IMG/VR virus record: IMGVR_UViG_3300031787_000068
Coordinates: 12,923-76,922 of that record
Origin: a virus
Strand: one strand, 5' to 3'
DNA: 64,000 bases
The notes beneath the pieces were generated by a model. The model did not search any database. It had not been told where the DNA came from and saw only the letters and a list, made by a program, of their open reading frames with translations. Positions 59,249-64,000 of this stretch are shown one piece after another. Positions within the stretch are counted from its first letter, which is position 1, and each line of letters begins with the position of its first letter. The translations under genes and the position numbers were made by a program.

Positions 59249-59959
59249 ATGAAAAAAATAAAGAGATTTAATCAATTCATAAACGAATCTTTTTTTGGGA
59301 AAAGCGAAGAATTTTTATCTTCATTTGGATCTATAATTTCGGGATCCAAAACAAGTTCTGGATACCCTTCTTCTAGAGATTCAGGGACCTATTTGGACCC
59401 GGAGTCCCCAGGTACATCTCCCGGAAAGGAAGAATATTCAATTCCCAGCCAATTTTCAACTTCTCGAAACGACGAAGATCAATGTCAAAATAATGACTGC
59501 TGGACTTGGTTCGGAAAAGAGAAATTTTGGAATGGTGTAAACAAAATTAATAATAAGGCAGTTCCTAAAATTGAAATAGACAAAACACCGGATCACTTTA
59601 ATATAACTTATAATGGTCCTCAGTCTGGTTTTTTACTTAAGCATAAATTCGGTGGAAAGGGGGATACTATACATCAATTACTTAATGTCTTAACTCTAGA
59701 ATTAAATTCTTATCTTGAAACGATAAACGCAAAACCAGTATTAAGCAACATTAAAATGGATCTAAAAGGAAATAAGTTAAGTGTTTATGTTCCTCTAGAA
59801 AAAGTTCAAGGTGTCCATTATGAGATACACAGAAGAGGAGGACTTGGGCATCCAGGAGATTTTTCGGATCTAACTAAATTTAAATCTAGGAGAGGATATG
59901 AAGAGGCTATCCACAAATCGGGAAGATTGACAGAAAAATTTATTACCTTTATAAAATAA
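59249..59959 (+). CDS. Hypothetical protein, CTS-like leader
   Basis: MKKIKRFNQFINESFF...SSFGSIISG. Confidence 0.75.
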   Translation: MKKIKRFNQFINESFFGKSEEFLSSFGSIISGSKTSSGYPSSRDSGTYLDPESPGTSPGKEEYSIPSQFSTSRNDEDQCQNNDCWTWFGKEKFWNGVNKINNKAVPKIEIDKTPDHFNITYNGPQSGFLLKHKFGGKGDTIHQLLNVLTLELNSYLETINAKPVLSNIKMDLKGNKLSVYVPLEKVQGVHYEIHRRGGLGHPGDFSDLTKFKSRRGYEEAIHKSGRLTEKFITFIK

Positions 59960-59964
59960 ATGAA

Positions 59965-61053
59965 ATGAAAAGAATAAAGGGATTTAATGAATTTATAAAT
60001 GAAAACTTTTTCGATTTTGGATCTGATTTTATATCCGATTTTGGAAAAATAATTCAGAATAAAGATTTATCTACCCACTATGGGGATAAGGAAGAAATAA
60101 TACAAAATGACGGATCTCAAGCTCCTACAATAGGTTCAGGATCCAATCTTCTGTCAATCTCTGGATCTTATCAATCTCCAGATCTATCTCAATCTTCTAA
60201 ATATTCCATAGCTTCTAGAATTTCAGGAATCACCAGGGACCCTTCCCAAATTTTTCAGATAGCTTTACACTATACTGACGGAGAAAATAAAAGAGGAGAG
60301 GACGTAATAAAGTATGTATTTAATAAAGGGGGAGGACATAGTGTCCATTATGCAATAGGAAGAGATGGGCAATTAATAAAAGGGTCTCCTCACAATGAAA
60401 CTGTTTGGGCCACAAATGGTCTAAACGACCATAGTATTTCTATAGAGATAGCTAGTGGAGGAGGAGTTGCTTTAAAAGACAATAAATGGTATGATGGAAA
60501 AACGCAGCTAGACGAAAGTTATTATCCTTTAATAGTAGATTTAGGATTTACTTTTAACGGATATAGATATTATCTAGATTATACTGACGGACAAATAAAA
60601 GCCCTTAAAGATTTCTTTGATGCGATTTTAAAGGAATATCCGGAAATAAAAAAAGGAATAAGCGGAAATGTTTATACTAAGGTTTTTGGGATTCCAGAAC
60701 CCGCTGAGGGAGAAGAATACACTTCAAAAAAATTGACTAAGGATCAAGCAAAAGAACCCGGTGTTTATATCCATGCTCTAGCCCCGGGATCCACCCACAT
60801 CGATGCCTTTCCTTCTTCTAAGCTAGTGAATTTTCTTAAAGAATATGGATACAGCGGAGAAGTTTTGGAATCTAAATATATGTACCCTGCCAAAGAAGAA
60901 ATTAAAAAATCAGAATCTAGCTGGATAGATAGCTGGATAAATGATCCTAAAGGTAATCCTTTATACCCTCATATATCTAAAGATCAAAAAGGGGATATTT
61001 ATTCGGACAAAGAAAAATACTTTTCCTATCTAACAAAGAAAAGAAGAAAATGA
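59965..61053 (+). CDS. N-acetylmuramoyl-L-alanine amidase (Amidase_2) with CTS-like leader
   Basis: IALHYT, SVHYAIGRDGQL, VWATNGLNDHSISIEI, YTDGQIKAL, YIH...HID. Confidence 0.85.
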   Translation: MKRIKGFNEFINENFFDFGSDFISDFGKIIQNKDLSTHYGDKEEIIQNDGSQAPTIGSGSNLLSISGSYQSPDLSQSSKYSIASRISGITRDPSQIFQIALHYTDGENKRGEDVIKYVFNKGGGHSVHYAIGRDGQLIKGSPHNETVWATNGLNDHSISIEIASGGGVALKDNKWYDGKTQLDESYYPLIVDLGFTFNGYRYYLDYTDGQIKALKDFFDAILKEYPEIKKGISGNVYTKVFGIPEPAEGEEYTSKKLTKDQAKEPGVYIHALAPGSTHIDAFPSSKLVNFLKEYGYSGEVLESKYMYPAKEEIKKSESSWIDSWINDPKGNPLYPHISKDQKGDIYSDKEKYFSYLTKKRRK

Positions 61054-61736
61054 AAAATTTATTAAAATTTCAAGAATTTTTAAATGAATCTATTTTCGAC
61101 CAAAACAGAGATTCTTTATCCACATTTGGATCTATAATTTCTGGGAAATCTTCTTTTACTGGGGGATCGACTATTAATTCCAATAAAGAAATCCCAAAAA
61201 ATAATTCTTCCCAGCCAAAAACACCGCAAAGGAATCCTTTTACTCCTCCAGGAAAGAGCATAGTTATAGGGGATTCTTTATCCCCGAATATTGCTAAATG
61301 CTCACAAGCCGATCTAATAGATAAAAATGCTGGGCCTTCTTCTCTCTGGAAAGGGGGAATTGCTATAAAAACTCTTTTGGATTATGTTAAATCTTATGGA
61401 AAAAGTGATTCGACCGTAAAAAATGTTGTTATCTCTATAGGGACAAATGGAATATTTGCGAGAAGCACAGATACTGTAAATAAGCTAGTAGAAGAGTTAA
61501 AAAAGAAATTTCCCAATGCTAAACTTTTAGTTGTTAAAGGAACCTATGGACCAAAAGCTACTTGGTCTTCTGCTTTAACTAAAGTTAGTCAAACTACGGT
61601 AGATAATTATTATTCGGATTTTTCTAATAAAGGAGTATTTGTAGTTCCTACAGCGATAGGAAACCAAAAGGATGCTCATAACTATACTGATATATACACT
61701 ACTATAGGAAAAGAAATAGACGATAATTTGATTTAA
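61050..61736 (+). CDS. SGNH/GDSL hydrolase with CTS-like leader
   Basis: IVIGDSLS (block I), VVISIGTNG (block III), QKDAH (degenerate block V). Confidence 0.75.
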   Translation: MKNLLKFQEFLNESIFDQNRDSLSTFGSIISGKSSFTGGSTINSNKEIPKNNSSQPKTPQRNPFTPPGKSIVIGDSLSPNIAKCSQADLIDKNAGPSSLWKGGIAIKTLLDYVKSYGKSDSTVKNVVISIGTNGIFARSTDTVNKLVEELKKKFPNAKLLVVKGTYGPKATWSSALTKVSQTTVDNYYSDFSNKGVFVVPTAIGNQKDAHNYTDIYTTIGKEIDDNLI

Positions 61737-61740
61737 ACAT

Positions 61741-62271
61741 ATGAAAAATTTATTAAATTTTAGAAATTGGGAATTTGTAAATGAAGCTGATGGCTTTGGT
61801 ACATCCCCATTTCTTCTTAAAAAAGAAAAAGATCAATATAATTATTTCTTTAATCTCGAAGATAAAAAAGAAGAAAAAGGATTCCATCTTATAATAGGAA
61901 AATATTCAGAAAAGGAAGTTATATCGGGATCTAAAAATTCCTATTGTGTTTTGGGGCTTTACCAAATCTCGGAGGATTTAATAGCAGATATAGCGGTAGA
62001 TAAATCCGATATACCATCTTCTAATAACGAAAGATTTAAATGTGACGAGAACGAAACTTCAAGAATTCTAGAATGTGTTTCTAAATGTCTTTTAGATTAC
62101 TTAGAAAAGAATTCTAAGGTTAGCCGGATATATGACGAGATCCAAGAAACTTTGTTCTTTAAAGGAAAAGGAAGCTATTTGGAATATATGAAATCAGTAA
62201 TTGGACCGGTAATCGGAGACTGGGCTATCCAAGAGGGGAGTGATAAAAATTCAGTTTTAATTAGTAGATAA
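61741..62271 (+). CDS. Hypothetical protein, CTS-like leader
   Basis: MKNLLNFRNWEFVNEAD. Confidence 0.7.
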   Translation: MKNLLNFRNWEFVNEADGFGTSPFLLKKEKDQYNYFFNLEDKKEEKGFHLIIGKYSEKEVISGSKNSYCVLGLYQISEDLIADIAVDKSDIPSSNNERFKCDENETSRILECVSKCLLDYLEKNSKVSRIYDEIQETLFFKGKGSYLEYMKSVIGPVIGDWAIQEGSDKNSVLISR

Positions 62272-62273
62272 AA

Positions 62274-62302
62274 GAAACATTTTTCGAATTATGCCGTATA
62301 AA
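62274..62302 (+). promoter_or_regulatory. Putative early/middle promoter GAAAC-N18-TATAAA
   Basis: Upstream of the Hc1-like gene. Confidence 0.6.
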
Positions 62303-62334
62303 TTCTGTAATTTTAATAATAAACACAGTAACAC

Positions 62335-62508
62335 ATGGAAAAGTTCGAAGAACTAGTTGCTCTACTAGAACAGACAAGAGCAGATGCTGAAAAATTCTTT
62401 ACTAAAGGAAATGACTCGGCAGGAACAAGAGTTAGAGTTGCAATGCAAAAATTAAAAGCACTTGCACAAGATTTAAGAGTGGAAATCCAAGAAGCTAAAA
62501 AGAAGTAA
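62335..62508 (+). CDS. Histone H1-like protein Hc1 family (57 aa; missing from the ORF track)
   Basis: MEKFEELVALLEQTRADAEKFFTKGNDSAGTRVRVAMQKLKALAQDLRVEIQEAKKK contains the KGNxxAGTRxR signature. Confidence 0.85.
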   Translation: MEKFEELVALLEQTRADAEKFFTKGNDSAGTRVRVAMQKLKALAQDLRVEIQEAKKK

Positions 62509-62510
62509 GG

Positions 62511-62723
62511 ATGAGTTATTACTTAGTAAAAACAAGTTTTGAAACTGGAGAGGTTACCAAAAAAGGTGAAACTATCCAGAAGACAGCTGAATTTTTAGTT
62601 TCTGGAGAATCTGTTCTAGAAGTTGAAAAAAAGATTGCAGAATATCTTAGAGGAAGTATTGGCGGTTATGAAACCACTAGAATTTCTAAAACTAAGATTG
62701 AAGCAGTCGTACATGAAATTTAA
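62511..62723 (+). CDS. DUF4494-like small protein
   Basis: YYLVKTSFE...KKG..QKTAEFLVSGESVLEVEKKI...ISKTKIEAV. Confidence 0.65.
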   Translation: MSYYLVKTSFETGEVTKKGETIQKTAEFLVSGESVLEVEKKIAEYLRGSIGGYETTRISKTKIEAVVHEI

Positions 62724-62725
62724 AA

Positions 62726-62968
62726 ATGGGAAAAGACAACAAGTCAGAAACTAAATTTTATGCACCACCACAGTCCCCGGTAGCTATACAGCCCGGGGAT
62801 ACTGGTTTTAAAATCGTAGGAAAAAATTACAATAGGTTCATATGGACCTTTAATGATTGGTACAAAGCAAAAAAGAAAATCATAAATCCAGATAAAAACT
62901 GGGATTTATCTTCCAAGCCAATCACTAATAAAGAATGGGAAGATAAAGGAAAGGACCTCTACTTATAG
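62726..62968 (+). CDS. Hypothetical protein
   Basis: 80 aa ORF in the operon. Confidence 0.65.
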   Translation: MGKDNKSETKFYAPPQSPVAIQPGDTGFKIVGKNYNRFIWTFNDWYKAKKKIINPDKNWDLSSKPITNKEWEDKGKDLYL

Positions 62969-62980
62969 TTTTTTAGTCAG

Positions 62981-62988
62981 GATATATA
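62981..62988 (+). promoter_or_regulatory. Putative late promoter GATATATA
   Basis: Intergenic, about 100 nt upstream of ATG 63087. Confidence 0.55.
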
Positions 62989-63086
62989 GCTAGAGTAAAT
63001 GATTTTAGCTAAGACGAAAAAATAATTAATGAAGGAGGAAAAAGATTCAAAAAAAATATTTTTAAATAATCTAGAATTTAATACGA

Positions 63087-64000
63087 ATGGCTAGATTTCC
63101 CCAATCCCCGAAATTAGGACAGGCATTTTTAGATCTCGAAACAGGAAATCTATATGTCTGGAGTGGATATTTTTGGGATCTTGTTCCTTCGGGAACCGGG
63201 GGAGGAACTAGCGGAACTTCAGGAACTTCAGGAGGGGGAGGTGGAGGAGGTGGAACTTCAGGATCTAGCGGTACCTCTGGTGTTTCGGGAACAAGCGGAT
63301 CTTCTGGAGCCTCAGGATTGTCTGGAACAAGTGGATCTTCTGGAACTTCAGGATTGGCTGGAACAAGCGGATCTTCTGGAACTTCAGGATTGGCTGGAAC
63401 AAGTGGATCTTCTGGATCCTCAGGAACAAGTGGATCCTCTGGAACAAGTGGATCTTCTGGAACTTCAGGATTGACTGGAACAAGTGGATCTTCTGGAACA
63501 AGTGGATCTTCTGGAACTTCAGGATTGGCTGGAACAAGTGGATCTTCTGGAACTTCAGGATTGGCTGGAACAAGTGGATCTTCTGGAACAAGTGGAAGCT
63601 CAGGAACAAGTGGATCTTCTGGAACTTCAGGATTGGCTGGAAGCTCAGGAACTTCAGGTATCGATGGAACAAGTGGATCTTCTGGAACTTCGGGATTGTC
63701 TGGAACAAGTGGATCTTCTGGAACTTCGGGATTGGCTGGAACAAGTGGATCCTCAGGAACAAGTGGATCCTCAGGAACAAGTGGATCCTCAGGAACAAGT
63801 GGATCCTCTGGAACAAGTGGATCTTCGGGAACAAGTGGAAGCTCAGGAACTTCAGGTATCGATGGAACAAGCGGATCTTCTGGAACAAGTGGATCCTCAG
63901 GAACAAGTGGATCTTCTGGAAGCTCAGGAACTTCAGGTATCGATGGATCTTCTGGATCCTCAGGAACAAGTGGAAGCTCAGGAACAAGTGGATCTTCTGG
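63087..64000 (+). CDS. Gly/Ser/Thr collagen-like repeat protein (truncated by the window end; missing from the ORF track)
   Basis: MARFPQSPKLGQAFLDLETGNLYVWSGYFWDLVPSGTGGG followed by (GTSGSS)n-type triplets, open to 64000. Confidence 0.85.
   Translation, partial: MARFPQSPKLGQAFLDLETGNLYVWSGYFWDLVPSGTGGGTSGTSGTSGGGGGGGGTSGSSGTSGVSGTSGSSGASGLSGTSGSSGTSGLAGTSGSSGTSGLAGTSGSSGSSGTSGSSGTSGSSGTSGLTGTSGSSGTSGSSGTSGLAGTSGSSGTSGLAGTSGSSGTSGSSGTSGSSGTSGLAGSSGTSGIDGTSGSSGTSGLSGTSGSSGTSGLAGTSGSSGTSGSSGTSGSSGTSGSSGTSGSSGTSGSSGTSGIDGTSGSSGTSGSSGTSGSSGSSGTSGIDGSSGSSGTSGSSGTSGSS
63205..64000 (+). repeat. Coding 9-bp-unit tandem repeat (ggaacaagt / ggatcttct / ggaacttca)
   Basis: Directly visible; Gly at every third codon. 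Confidence 0.95.

Noticed and set aside
63154-63987. ORF-track entries 63154-63474(+) and 63265-63987(-)
   Set aside because: Off-frame and antisense shadows of the 9-bp repeat; the real frame starts at ATG 63087
1-64000. Stop-codon reassignment as in some Bacteroidota jumbo phages
   Set aside because: Code 11 gives dense, long ORFs; TAA, TAG and TGA all terminate genes right before the next start
1-64000. tRNA or structured ncRNA genes, diversity-generating retroelement, integrase
   Set aside because: Intergenic gaps are nearly all under 120 nt and AT-rich; I saw no cloverleaf, reverse transcriptase or recombinase motifs

Overview
AT-rich, gene-dense 64 kb segment of a large T4-like (jumbo-type) myophage, read in the standard genetic code. 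A Bacteroidota host is likely: there are no Shine-Dalgarno sites, leaders are A-rich, an Hc1-like and a DUF4494-like gene are present, there is a Reg_prop-type propeller, and one TAnnTTTG promoter. Layout: (1) 1-6.6 kb, small genes including a permuted amino-methyltransferase, a SleB-type hydrolase and a Nudix enzyme; (2) 6.6-49.4 kb, baseplate/neck/tail module with gp53-, hub-, gp5-, gp13-, gp25-, gp6- and gp3/gp19-like genes, several 700-1800 aa structural proteins, three paralogous collagen-containing fibres, an embedded amidoligase and a spanin-like membrane protein; (3) 50-56 kb, replication/recombination genes (RuvC-like, gp32, primase, UvsY, GIY-YIG endonuclease, UvsW, thioredoxin); (4) 56-62 kb, a pol-beta nucleotidyltransferase, a ligase-like/HIGH-nucleotidyltransferase fusion, an amidase and an SGNH esterase; (5) Hc1, DUF4494 and a truncated (Gly-Thr/Ser-Ser)n protein. 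Most notable patterns: a shared T4-CTS-like N-terminal peptide on about 10 unrelated proteins (suggesting a head-packaged, injected enzyme cargo that includes the nucleotidyltransferase module and cell-wall enzymes), a G-x-T-G motif dispersed through the virion proteins (candidate modification sequon), and two phage promoter classes (GATATATA and GAAAY-N18-TATAA). All product calls come from motif recognition by eye; no database searches were run.
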